A stretch of DNA of 64,000 nucleotides from Lingula anatina (lineage: Eukaryota > Animalia > Brachiopoda): the NCBI GenBank assembly GCA_051362555.1, contig CM120641.1, positions 11,780,001-11,844,000 on the forward strand. Reading direction: 5' to 3'. The notes below the pieces were generated by a model. That model did no database searches. It was not told the origin of the DNA and worked only from the letters and a program-made list of their open reading frames with translations. Positions 51,675 through 64,000 of this stretch are shown in pieces (position 1 is the first letter of the stretch; each line of letters begins with the position of its first letter). A program made the position numbers and the translations under genes.

Positions 51675-54464
51675 ATGGGAACAATCACAATGCAAACTGT
51701 TACCTTTCAAACAAGCCAAAATTATAAGTTAAATCTGAAAACTTTAAGCTTAATTGTAATTTTTTTAATCTTTCCTTCTTAGTTTTCGAATATTACTGTT
51801 CTTCAGTACAAGGGTTTCGAGCTCAACTTGAATCTGCATACAATCTAGCAACATGTCTGCGTTCGGCAGCACATTAAAAGCCGCCAACGTTTTAAGTGTT
51901 AGTGCAAAGCGCAATTTTTATGTCTTCTACTAACTCCTCTGAGTTGAGGTGTAAAGATCTGAAAGTGTTACCAGGGATGCTATTCAGAACACGAATGACA
52001 TCCAGAGACTTTCCATGGTGAGCGATTCCAGCTGATCGAAGCATTCCTTGCTGTCGTTATGGGTGTCAGATATAAAAGTTTGATGGCGTTATAAAAGGGC
52101 TTAAAGAAATTGTCACATTGATTTGACACTGTAGGCCTAACATTCATTGATATATCCAACTTTCGTGAACGAGGACAAGATGCCTTTACTCCCCATGTCC
52201 AAAAGGTTGATATTTGAACGTCTGTGGTCCTTACTCAAACGTCGGCAATTCAACTTATTAAGATATCGGTTGAGAGAAAATACCCAAACTACCAGATACT
52301 CAATTATACGTGTGGGATCAAAATACCCATTATTTGATTTTCTGACCTTTCTTCCCGTAAACGATAAAGTTTTCTGAGATGAGAAAATGCACCATCTGCA
52401 ATTACTTCAATGAAGAACAGACGGCCTGTGTAAATTGGTAATGCTTTTAGATTAAAAAAATGTTCAGGTTCTATATAACCCGGTCCCGTAGTAAAAAAAT
52501 GTCACCAAAAACCTTTGCCATTTGGTACGAGGCGGTGAGCATATGAGCGCGAACTGTGAGGTGGATTGTATTCAAAGCAGTTTTTTGTCACATTCACCAA
52601 ACGAGTGGTGTAAATTTTCTCCAAGTATTCGCAATTCTAACCATGCTGATAGGAAGAAAACAGTCAACAAAGTAGAGTTAGTAAAGGTTTTTTTGGAGGC
52701 TCATCCCTGACTCATTTACCGGTAGTATCTATACACTCATAAATGTAAATATATTTTCTGTGAAAACTGGAATGCACCGGAGAGAGAATAAGAATATCTT
52801 AAACTAAGCGACTGTTTTTACATGTGTTTAAACATTAAATTGTGAAGTTTCTCTACAGACGAAGACCTGAAAAAAGTCAAAGGCATGCGACATATCTGTT
52901 TGCCTCTATAACAAATACTGAAAATACTAGGATTGCTCATTATATCCCAGCATAAAGTTAAAAGTGAAAAGCGTTGCTTCACAATTTGAGTGGAAATTTT
53001 TATTATCTAATCTGTTTATTATATCATGTTTGTAAGATTGAACGATTTTAGTTGGAAATAAAAAAAGGGCAAGAAAGCCTTGAAAGCACCTATCTTATGG
53101 TCCTCTAATTACACGCACTCTCCTGTCATCGTTTGCGTTCATTCTTTCACTGAATAATTATGAAAACGTAGGCCTATAAACAATTGAACATGTATAAGGC
53201 CTACTCGTCCAAACGGTTTATCCGCGTTTTTTCTGTTTTAGTCTGTTCTGTTTAAATGCGTACAAGCACAGTAAATCAGGGAATAAATAAATTGTGACGC
53301 AAAAATAAAATAAAATATTTATAAAGTATTATCTCGTGTAAGGTCAGTGGGTATAGGGTAATATACATTGACTTTAACAGCGACGTATGCATGTTTGCTC
53401 TTTTTCTTTTCTCTTCTTTTTTTTTTTTTTTTTTTGATACCCATTGGTGTCCTGCCATAGAAGTAGTCAGCATACTGTATATAAATATCATCATCGCTCA
53501 TCATTGTCTGTTTAGAATATTAAATAATTAACTAGGATAGGAGTAGATAAAGAGGAAAAACAGTTAAAATTAAAAAAATTAATTTTTAAAAATAAAATGG
53601 AATTAAAATGATTACCCATGACCGTAGAGTGTAGTGTTGTGGGGAAATTATGACATAAGTATCGCAAAAAAGACAGAAAGGATTGATTCTTCACAACAAT
53701 GGCAAACCACACAAGTGTTGTAAAAACGCCGTACACTGTCCAACCTTGATCTTTATTGCTTCAAGTAAGTTAATTTTGTAGAAGAATTTCATCTTTCAAA
53801 AGACGACCAAATTTTCAAATTAAAAATGTCTTCTTTTGAATTAGAACTACTGTATTTAAATTTTGGCGACTGTATATAAACAGGGCCGGTAGACGAATTT
53901 TTTTATTTCAAATGTTTTCTGAGGAAACATAGGCCTACACGTAGCTACTAGGAGGGTCGAAGGGTCGAATCCAAAGTGTAGGCGATTTCAAAGTATAAAA
54001 AAAACGTTATCAAACTTTCAAAGGTTTTCCTAAGGTCTAATATAAGGGGGGGGGGGGGGGGGTATATGAAAACTGCATGAGGAGGAGAAGGCAAGCGATT
54101 TGGGGAAGTAACGGTCCGAAGTCTCCGAATGCAAACATTTAGGCCTACTAGAGGGGAGGGGGTTTCGGTGCGGGGTCATATAGGCCTAGACATGGCCCCC
54201 AAGCAAAAAAGATATCAGCAATATGTAGGCCAATACATGTAGACCTCATAAAAAATATGCATTAAACTTTAGGCAAGTGTATCTTCCTCTCTATTTTGGA
54301 CATGAAAAAAGAAATCAAAACTTGGACGAAATGATAAAAAAAAAAAACCCGAGTTCGGGAACAAAACGTTTACCAAGTCTGCCTTCTCCCAACTGTCCCA
54401 ACCGCCCTTTCTTATTTTTCCAAGCAAATCTAGGTCAGAATTTTGGAACTAGGCCGACAGCACA

Positions 54465-54568
54465 ATGGCGACGGCGAAAGGCCAGGTGCCTGTTGCACAC
54501 TGCAACGTTAAAGATTGGTTGCAGGAGAACGAAAAGTTTTTTCTGCCACCAGTTTGCAACAAACTAAT
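54465..54568 (+). CDS. HAAO: HAAO exon 1
   Basis: acaATGG context; [34 protein letters not shown]; donor gtaagt. Confidence 0.93.
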
Positions 54569-57500
54569 GTAAGTACCTGTTTAATTAGCTATCATTTACG
54601 ACCAATGACACCAATATTATTATATCAGTCTTATAACGGATAGTCACTGGATAGTGCCACGATATTTCGGTGACATCTTACCTCCACTCGGATGACTAGG
54701 TACATTTCTGTACGTACTACTAGTACTACTACTGCTGGCAGTGTGCCTTTGTATTATAAAACTATTATATGAACTAGCAGTGACGTATATTGGGCCATAT
54801 ATGTAGCTTGCGTGCACGTTTCAATGTAAGGCAATGAAAAACAGCGCACTGCCAGTCGCCATCAAACCACTCTTCACATACCAGATATATCGACGATTAT
54901 GTGCACTTTTTTGCAGTGAAGTAGAGCAATTGTGTCATGAGTTAGCCAGTGACATATCTTTGAATATCTGTTGAAAAACCAATCTGTGACCCTGGTAGAC
55001 ATTTGGAAAAACCGGTGTCTTTTGGACGGGTGTAAAATTCCGCGGGTCTTCTACAGTAGGTAACGAAAGTGAAACATGTCAGGTCTGGTCAGGTGAACTC
55101 TGAGGCTTTGAACAGAGAGTTGTGCAGGTACAATGTAGTCATGTGAAAATTTTGACCACAAAAAATACTCAAATTTTATGTGAATTTGAATGGCAACATT
55201 TGAATTGTCAAGTCAAGTCTGATGGGGGACCAATGGTTTCACCTTTCAGGCCATAATCTGACCTTGAACAACCGTGTGTTTACATGTCCTCTCCTCCACT
55301 GTTGATGAACTTGATGCCATTGTTATTGTTGTAAACAGTTGTCCACCCCATACTTGCAAAATTGTACATTTGTTTTACTCCCAAATTCGATATGTTGTTT
55401 TAATTAAATTTGATTTTAAAAAAATGAAAAAATTGTCTCATATACGGGGTATATTGGGTTATTTTTATATTTACACATATTTATATTTTCCAATGCATTT
55501 ATTTAACTTTGTCCTCCTAAAAATGACAAAAACTGTCAAAAGGTGTTTTCAAATTTGCAAGGGGCTTTTGATTGGTTAAGGATGCAGATCCTGCTAGAAA
55601 ATCAGCACGCATAATCAGTTTTTTTTTTATCTACAAGATTCATCATATTTATACAGGTGTTCTGTAAGTCTTTGCATTACTTTTATTAATGTGCAGACAC
55701 ATTGTGTATAAACATATACAGTAGCCATCACCTTTGTCTGTGGTTACCTTTGTCATCCTCATCGCCATATGGACTTTCAGAGTTTAAGATTGTAACTAAT
55801 TGAGTTAATGGATTGCAAATTCTGTGAATGATTTTGGAATTGGTATACTTTGATGGTAAAGGGAAAGTCATCGAGTTTCCAGGAAAATGAAATGTTTGCT
55901 CTATAAAGGTTTAATGTTCACTGTGAGCCTTTAAAACTTAACATATTGAAAAAAGGGTCTAAGTATAACATTATCATATGAATATAAATGTTATTTTTTA
56001 GCTTTTGTAACAAGAATGTTTGTTTCTTTTTAAGGTATAATGACCAGCAGAAAATCATGTTTGTGGGTGGGCCAAACCAACGCAAAGATTACCACTTGGA
56101 AGAGGGAGAAGAGGTAAAATTCAAAGGGCTGGCAGTAGTTATAGGCCTAGAATACATGTAATTTAATGTATGCAGCTTTTATATCTACTGCCTGTGGCCC
56201 TGAAAATACATTTTGTGTGACATTTGGTGAGACAGAACAATGTGTTAGGGGTACATGCTGAATACGAAAGTGTCCTTGCACAGACAACATATTACTGTTA
56301 CTTGAATATACACATTTTTGATACCTCATGGCATGAGTTTTGTTTACGTTTTGTTGTTGTTATTATTATTATTAGCAATGATAACTTATATTTTTAAAAA
56401 TGTACTTCTTTTTACTAATATTTTGTTGATGTTTGCTATATTTCAGCTGTTCTACATGATTAAAGGGGATATGTGTCTGAAGGTGGTGGAACAGGGCAAA
56501 CATAGAGATATCCCAATAAAGGAAGGAGAGGTAACTGTGATTCTGTGAAGCATATATGAAAAGGAAGAACTTTTGCTGTATTTCATGTTGGTATCTTTAC
56601 AGTTACCAATCTGAAGACATCGATTTTAGTTGAAAGGTGGAATAAAAGGGTCATTCCACAAAAAAGTCGCATTAATTATGCAGCCACTAATTTTATGTTA
56701 CATATGTATAATTTTGTCTTGCCCAATCAACAGTATGTAAAGAGTTTGCTTCAAAAATATATAAAAAAGAAAAACATACCTGATTTCCCTAAGAAATAAA
56801 TAAGTAAAAGGGGCTTAAAATTTTTTTCTTCAGCAGAAGAATCCCTTGCATTCATGTGAAACAATGTACAGAAATACTTTGAAAATGTTTGAAATGAATA
56901 AATATTAATGATACTTTCTTAATTTCTCAAATTCATTAATTTGATGATATATTGTTCAGTTGTTCTTGCTCCCTGGTCGTATCCCCCACTCTCCACAGCG
57001 GCAGTCTGACACCATAGGCTTGGTCATAGAGAGGGAGAGAACAGAGACTGAAATGGATGGTCTGAGGTTTGACAAAAACACGTCATAACAGCCTGTACTT
57101 GTATTGCTAGCACTACGTCACAATTAATGGATAATTGCCTCGTCAACAGAGTTCAAATTTTGATGGAAATTGCTAATTAACACAAAGGTTCAGTACTAGC
57201 AACTTTGTTTATCTGTCAACTTAATCTTATTATATGAAAAAGCGAAGGTTCAATGTACCAGAACTTTCTCAGTTATCTAAAACTGCTGGCATTTAGTAGA
57301 GATGTGATTAATGACATCTCAAAACTTATCTGAAACCTGTTCAGTTGCCAATTTTCCCTCCACAGGTACTTTGTAGAGAAAGATGGAAAACCAACTATGG
57401 AGCCTCTTTTTGAGAAGTGGTTTCATTGTGAGGACCTTGGTACACAACTGGGGCCTATCATTAAGGAGTAAGTGAGTTATCAGAATAATTGATTTTTGAT

Positions 57501-59574
57501 TTGATATTTGGACAGCATTTTTATTATCTAACAATTTGACTCTAAATGCACAAACATTTATTATCATGTTGCTTAACCGTCCTAAAGTTGTGTGGATGAC
57601 TTCTACATATTGCAGCTATTAAAAACATTTGTTTGATAAGTTGCATTCTAACGTAGTATTAAATTTATCATCCTCTGACAAATTGTTTGACTTAGGTTCT
57701 TCGCATCCGAGCAGTGTAAGACGGGGAAGTCAGTGCCAGGTATTTGAGACATTCTCTATAATCCCAAAGTCTGGAAGATATGATGTTGGTGGATGTGTTA
57801 GGGGTGATAAAGGTTGGGTGCTGATTGTGTTGGATGTGCAAGTTGAGTGTATAGCTGGTTATATTGTTAGTTATATTGTGATACAATGTGTACCATGTAT
57901 GATAATGTGATTGGTAAACAGGAGTATTTAATATAAACAGTATCAGAATGTTAGGTGATACAAGTAATTTGGGTTTAACTTTGATAGTCATTGACACTAG
58001 AACATTGACACATGTAATTATAGTTTTAATAATAAATTGTTTTTCCTTAAAGCCAGTAGAACAGGATATACCAGTATGCTTGATGTTTTATTCCCTTTAA
58101 TTACAAAATATTGAATGACAGAATTAATGAAATAATCTCCATGGGCTCTCCCAAATAGGGGAAAAAAATCAGCAAAAAATGTTTATTTCACATATTGATA
58201 TAAAGTTGTTTTTTTTTTCTTCAGGGACCATCCCTGAAAAAACTCCATTTGAGATTGATACCAGTAGGAAACTGGAAGAACCATTCTTGCTATCTGATTG
58301 GCTGACCAAAAATGAAAATGAAATTGAAACAAAGGGCATTAAGAGAGTTTTTGGTGATGGTTATCAGTTTACGGTGGGTGCTTTGAGGAACAAAACCTAT
58401 AAAGCACAGTATTATGATTAAGATAATAATAATAATAATAATAATAATGTAAAAACCTTGACTCAGAGGAGTCTAATCATCTACAGGATGCCATAATCCA
58501 ACTTTGTGTGAACAAACTTGTAGATTGCAAGTCTAATCATTTATGTTCTATTTTTTTAACCTGAATTTACATTCATGTATGAAATTTAATATTTATTGAC
58601 AGGTGGATGTGTTGGGGCCAGGAGAAGAGCAAGAGAGTTGGGATGGTGGAGAAATATGGCTCTGGCAATTGGTATGAATATGAAAGCTGGTTTGTACAGA
58701 GATAAAAGTGTTCACTTAACTTTTATACTTTGATCCAGGATACAATATAAAAAGTTGTGTACTTACAGTAAACTACAGTAATGGGAGCCGGTACATATTG
58801 TGAATTTTTTTACTTGCAAAGAGTGTAGACTTTTTGATGGATCATTTTAACCTGGAATGCTGTTTGCTGAAATATTTGATTGTATAAAATTTTGATGTCC
58901 TGTAATTTCCAGCATGGGGAGTCAACAGCTGTAGTGGATGGCACTAAATATAAACTGAAGGTACAGGACAGCCTCCGCATTCCCCCCAACACACAGTAAG
59001 TGCTTTGGTGCTGTGATTAGGTTTCATAGCAAGCCGAAGCTTATGGTCTGATTGACAATAGACACTTTTATGTTTGCATATGAGCCAGATCATTAATTTT
59101 CAGGGACAAGTCCAGGGATATTTTCTGACAGTCTTCCATATTATCTTTGTTGATCCATCCTCCATTTTAGACCATCTTCCAACCAAAAAATTAGATGCCT
59201 GTTAATGTAATCTTGAAATATTCTGACCATCTTCTGGAAGACACAGAAAACTACTATCATCAAGACCCTCTATTGAAGTGGCCAGTTACTGGCCTGTGAA
59301 CTGTAGCAACAATAAACACAATGTCACATTTAACACTGAAACAGCACTTGAATATAAAGGAGACATGGTTTCAGAAGAAAAGCATTGGGGTTTGTTGGTG
59401 TAACATTTACCTGTAGAATTGCTTTATTTTGTCGTGATTATGCTTTGCATGGTTTTGTCAAAATGATGTTTAAATTATTTTAAAAAGCTGTAAAAATTCT
59501 GTTTCAGGTACAGCATTGTGAGAGGTGCTGGCAGCAAATTGATGAAAGTTATCCAAGACCCAAGAAGAAAATAG
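54465..59574 (+). CDS. HAAO: 3-hydroxyanthranilate 3,4-dioxygenase (kynurenine pathway), whole gene, 10 exons, 888 nt / 295 aa
   Basis: join(54465..54568,56035..56113,56447..56530,56960..57066,57366..57467,57696..57739,58225..58373,58603..58671,58913..58995,59508..59574); all introns GT-AG and in phase. Signature motifs [58 protein letters not shown]. The Fe ligands His/Glu/His are present, as is the animal-type C-terminal second domain (WLWQL). Confidence 0.97.
56035..56113 (+). CDS. HAAO: HAAO exon 2
   Basis: [26 protein letters not shown]; ttaag acceptor, gtaaaa donor. Confidence 0.95.
56447..56530 (+). CDS. HAAO: HAAO exon 3
   Basis: [28 protein letters not shown]; ttcag acceptor, gtaact donor. 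Confidence 0.95.
56960..57066 (+). CDS. HAAO: HAAO exon 4
   Basis: [35 protein letters not shown]; ttcag acceptor, gtttga donor. Confidence 0.95.
57366..57467 (+). CDS. HAAO: HAAO exon 5
   Basis: [33 protein letters not shown]; cacag acceptor, gtaagt donor. Confidence 0.95.
57696..57739 (+). CDS. HAAO: HAAO exon 6
   Basis: [14 protein letters not shown] (recalled human FFSSEQYRTGKPIP); cttag acceptor, gtattt donor. Confidence 0.92.
58225..58373 (+). CDS. HAAO: HAAO exon 7
   Basis: [26 protein letters not shown]...VFGDGYQFT; ttcag acceptor, gtgggt donor. Confidence 0.92.
58603..58671 (+). CDS. HAAO: HAAO exon 8
   Basis: [23 protein letters not shown]; gacag acceptor, gtatga donor. Confidence 0.92.
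58913..58995 (+). CDS. HAAO: HAAO exon 9
   Basis: [27 protein letters not shown]; tccag acceptor, gtaagt donor. Confidence 0.92.
59508..59574 (+). CDS. HAAO: HAAO exon 10 (terminal)
   Basis: [21 protein letters not shown] then TAG; ttcag acceptor. Confidence 0.92.
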
Positions 59575-59854
59575 AAAAGACATAACAAGAAAATGATGCT
59601 AGCAAAAGTATAATTTTATGATGCTTCTTCATTGGGGTATATCAGCTCCATTATAATTGAATGGGCTTAAAATTCCCTGTAAATTTTTGTGCATTCAGAA
59701 AAATATAAGAACCTTCATTTAAACAATTCTTTTGAACATCCCTTTAACTTTTAGAAAGTGTTATTCATTGTCAGAAACTTAAAAAACAGAAGAAACCATG
59801 TGAGATAGTATTTTTACTGTCCAGTGAGGAAAACATAGATACCGGGTACTTCAC

Positions 59855-60038
59855 ACCTACAGTTATATCATTATTAGACTGGGATTCCAAATTCTTTTTT
59901 ACCTACAGTTATATCATTATTAGACTGGGATTCCAAATTCTTTTTTACCTACAGTTATATCATTATTAGACTGGGATTCCAAATTCTTTTTTACCTACAG
60001 TTATATCATTATTAGACTGGGATTCCAAATTCTTTTTT
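59855..60038 (+). repeat. 46-bp minisatellite, 4 identical copies, in the presumptive HAAO 3' UTR
   Basis: acctacagttatatcattattagactgggattccaaattctttttt at 59855, 59901, 59947 and 59993. Confidence 0.97.
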
Positions 60039-60570
60039 GTGTTTGTGCAGGCATGATTGAGGGCAAAACTCGGTTTCAAATGAAGTCCTGAATTTTTGGG
60101 AAACTAATGCACACCTTGTTGATTTTGACCTTCAGGTATGCAACAATACTACAGCATGTTTGTGATGAAAATTTCCAGTAGTCTCAAACACGTCAACAAA
60201 ATGGCAGCAATAGGACTGAAAGTACATGTACAACAGCGACGTCTAGTGTCAAGCGGGTTGATAGACCTCATTGTAATGTGGACAGCAATTATATTTTTTC
60301 TACTTTTGAGAGTAAGGGATTTTTGTTGTAAAACAATAAGTACTACTTTGTGCATATTTTTATACTTCACAAACGAATGTGTGTTATCTTCATTATACAT
60401 ATTTGTGATGTATTCACAGGCAGCTATACATGTTGGTGGTAGAGTTTTTTTAATGCTTAAACTGCATTTTAGCCTGAATAAGCAACAAATGCTTTGACTG
60501 CCAATTTGACTGAATAGACATTTTAACTATATTTTGAGAAAAAGAAATGTACTTATCTCTAAAAATATTG

Positions 60571-60576
60571 AATAAA
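60571..60576 (+). terminator. Candidate HAAO polyadenylation signal (AATAAA)
   Basis: AATAAA about 1 kb after the HAAO stop, followed by T/GT-rich sequence (tttacttttggtg...tttgtttgtgtatgt). Confidence 0.5.
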
Positions 60577-61111
60577 ATGCCATTTATGATATTTACTTTT
60601 GGTGAATTAAGTATATTTGTTTGTGTATGTCAACTCTAATTTTAGCCACCCCGAGTTTAGGACACTGGAAACACTTCTCATGTTGATAATAGAGAGGTGA
60701 TTTTTCACAGCCAATAATAAGAATATAATGCTGAAATTATTTTCCTTTTTGTCATTTCTCTCTTTCAAGTTCTTTTCTGTTACAAGTGCCTATCCTTTCT
60801 TACTTCACTACATGTGCACAAATATTCCTCTATTAGCTATTTTATTTTAATTTGGGAGATAATGTATTTAGGGAGCTATTTCTCAGCAGTTGTATACATT
60901 CACAATTCTGTTTTCACCCCTCAGTCAAAATTTTGTGTTTTGATTTAATAATAAGGCACCAGAAAAAAAGCAATTTTGATAAGTTGTCATCAGTTTATGT
61001 TAACCACTTTACTGTGGTAAATTAAACTTTCAGAGCTTAGAATGTAAATAGTCTAGAACACAAAAGATACCTAGTCATGTAGACAATAAGACTTCTGAAA
61101 GAGATTTTGGA

Positions 61112-61117
61112 TTTATT
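61112..61117 (-). terminator. Candidate TMEM229B-like polyadenylation signal
   Basis: Minus-strand AATAAA about 1 kb downstream of the stop at 62153. Confidence 0.4.
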
Positions 61118-62152
61118 GGTCAGTCAATAAATGTGGACCTGGTTTCAATACAGCTTCTTAAATATGATAATAAGTAAATTCAAAAGTATGTAAACATACT
61201 TTACAACAAAACGAGACCAACCTTTCCAGATTATAAAGATATAAGGTTAACCATCTCTTATAAATTGCACAATAGCCATAAGATGATAAGAACAAGAAAA
61301 AACATCATGTCAGTGTAGTTTTTCTTCAGATGTTGTCCAAACACAATGCAAGATAAAAACATACAAATGGATTGCGCAGACAGATCAATAGTCTAAGAGT
61401 TACCTAACAAAAATCTTGAATTTAAAAACATTTGTGCTATGAGGTAAACAAAAGTTTGTCATAAAACCCCATTAGTAATTGTATAATAACTGAGATCTCT
61501 CAAGAAGCATTTGGCATGTTAAAAGAATCTTGTATACATAAAAAAAGGTTCTTTACTCAGTAAATTTCAGAGGGCAGTCTTCAGATAATGCACATACAAG
61601 ATATGTGGAATGTTTTCTATAAATCTGGACCACTGTGACCTTAATCTGTACTTTGGTCCCCAGACAAACCCTTACACCTACTGATGAGAAATTCCACAAC
61701 TTACAATATATTGTAGAAGTTCATTACTCTGTATAATGATTAGCTACGGGAAAAAATCAGAAATTGAAAACATTAACCTCTACTTTTTCACACTCTATCA
61801 CTGTACTACATATAGCATGCTCCTAACTGTTCAAAACTTAATATTTAAAGTCCTGAAAAAAATTTTAAATGCTGCTTCACCTCTTCAATTACATGTACAT
61901 GAGACAACAAAATATACTTCATGTCCAACTAAAGCTGGAATAAAAATATTTTCTGTTGTCTACAGTGTGTATCCTGGACCACTCAGGACACATGCACAGC
62001 ACACCAATCAAATATGTTCAGCTAAGAAAAATGCACCTCTTGCCCTATAATGACAATAACTTAGAACCTGAACTGACAGTATGTCTCCAGCATGCAGTTA
62101 ATGTTAAAAATGCTCCATTTTTTTCTTTTGCACTAGGTGTAATGGTTGTTTC

Positions 62153-62962
<810 letters not shown>

Positions 62963-63144
62963 TCAACTCACATCTTGTTTTGCAGATCTACGCAGAATTA
63001 CTTAGATTTTATGTGACATCTGCTTCATCATCAATTTTATTGTTTGAGAAAAGCGCAGAAAAAGTGTGTAATGAAGATGCTCTACATGAGCACAAAGCTT
63101 ATTAAACATTCCGAGCCTTCTAAATATTCTAAAATACAACTTAC

Positions 63145-63330
63145 CAAAATTATATATCAATCTACTATTACAGTTTCCTGTGACTTATTATATGCTTGTC
63201 AACCTGCTGCTCGTGACTCCTGCTAACTTCGTTTGTTTTTGTCACCTGTCATTGGTGGATGGTTTTGAGTGCGGGATTGTTTGACCTGCTGAAGTACTAC
63301 TTCCGAGTTCATGTCAACACGAAAGCAGCT
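63145..63330 (-). other. Probable non-coding 5' UTR exon of the TMEM229B-like gene
   Basis: Donor G|gtaagt at 63145/63144 pairs with acceptor ttttgttgtttcag ending near 62943, upstream of the ATG; lies in a CpG-rich stretch. The 5' boundary is approximate. Confidence 0.5.
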
Positions 63331-63555
63331 GTCGTGAGCAACCAGTGTTCGCGTTTCGCGTTGTAGGTTGGTCAAGAACAGTAACCGTTGAATGTATCCC
63401 GCATGGATAACTGAAGTTTGACTTTTAGCGTGGACTCAGCGGATAAATGGAAATCTTTTAGATGAAAAAATGAGAGCTGTATAAGTTTGCCTTTGTTTTT
63501 CCAAAGTTTCGCATAGCACACAACTTCGCAAGTATAATCGATCCTAGTTGAAAGC

Positions 63556-63600
63556 ATGCGGACGTTCTACTTACTGGTCGCAGTACTTCTCTACAGTCAG
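63556..63600 (+). CDS. Candidate first coding exon (signal peptide) of an unidentified secreted or membrane protein gene continuing beyond the window
   Basis: aagcATG with A at -3; MRTFYLLVAVLLYSQ has a basic N-region and hydrophobic core; followed by CAG|GCAAGT, the GC-AG donor consensus, then AT-rich intron-like DNA. Confidence 0.45.
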
Positions 63601-64000
63601 GCAAGTTTTTTTTTTGTTCTAAATTTGTTTAATTGTTTGATATCTGTTTCTGCTCCTGTATGTGATTCGACTTAAATTTTAAACTATAGATTTTATGACA
63701 ATGAATTCTATAAAGTTTATTGATTTTCTCCGATTTTTCATTTTTAAAGAAATAATATATAAGAAAGGTAGCAAAAGTGACATCACGAAGCAAAATCTAA
63801 AAAATGTAATTATAGAATAATTTTATTTAAAAAAAGCAAAAATTAGAAAAGTCAAAGAAAAAAAGGAATAAAACATTTGATAATGAATTGAAATGGTTGT
63901 AGAAATTAAGAAAATTTCCCTTAATAAAGTTGACATCAACTTCCACAAAAGTTATTGAGATAACATCATTATTGCCACCACTTTATTAATTGTACTATGT

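Noticed and set aside
52855-52892. Penelope-type hammerhead ribozyme (cagacgaagacc...gtcaaagg)
   Set aside because: Both catalytic boxes deviate from CUGANGA and GAAA; at most a dead remnant.
57692-57997. 101-aa His/Asn/Thr-rich ORF antisense to HAAO
   Set aside because: It is the reverse complement of a GT-rich intron plus exon 6; a low-complexity artefact.
59855-60038. CRISPR-like array
   Set aside because: The repeats are head-to-tail with no unique spacers, the context is eukaryotic and there are no cas genes; it is a minisatellite.

Overview
AT-rich, intron-containing animal genomic DNA. It is most consistent with a marine invertebrate such as a mollusc or other lophotrochozoan, but the taxon is inference only. 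No prokaryotic operons, CRISPR arrays, rRNA or tRNA genes were seen. Three complete spliced genes can be rebuilt by hand with GT-AG boundaries and consistent phases. (1) An MCC (mutated in colorectal cancer) orthologue on the minus strand: 17 coding exons, 48388->8027, 1002 aa, with an N-terminal EF-hand, long coiled coils and a C-terminal PDZ-binding ETSL. (2) HAAO (3-hydroxyanthranilate 3,4-dioxygenase) on the plus strand: 10 exons, 54465->59574, 295 aa, head-to-head with MCC. (3) A TMEM229B-like gene on the minus strand: 2 coding exons, 62902->62153, 170 aa, tail-to-tail with HAAO. A probable fourth gene begins at 63556 (+) with a signal-peptide exon ending in a GC-type donor. Non-autonomous DNA transposons include a 1345-bp element with perfect 14-bp TIRs and a 5-bp target duplication, plus Tc1-like and Harbinger-like MITEs. 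The best leads are an internal alternative first exon of MCC at the junction used by the human short isoform, a TAG-CTAG readthrough-type stop context right after the PDZ motif, a compact CCAAT/CRE/NF-kB module upstream of MCC, a perfect 26-bp hairpin, and a TAGGCCTA cluster upstream of HAAO. I found no clear evidence of a wholly new multi-gene system. Homology statements come from recalled human sequences, not from database searches. Most of the short ORFs in the supplied track are non-coding noise.
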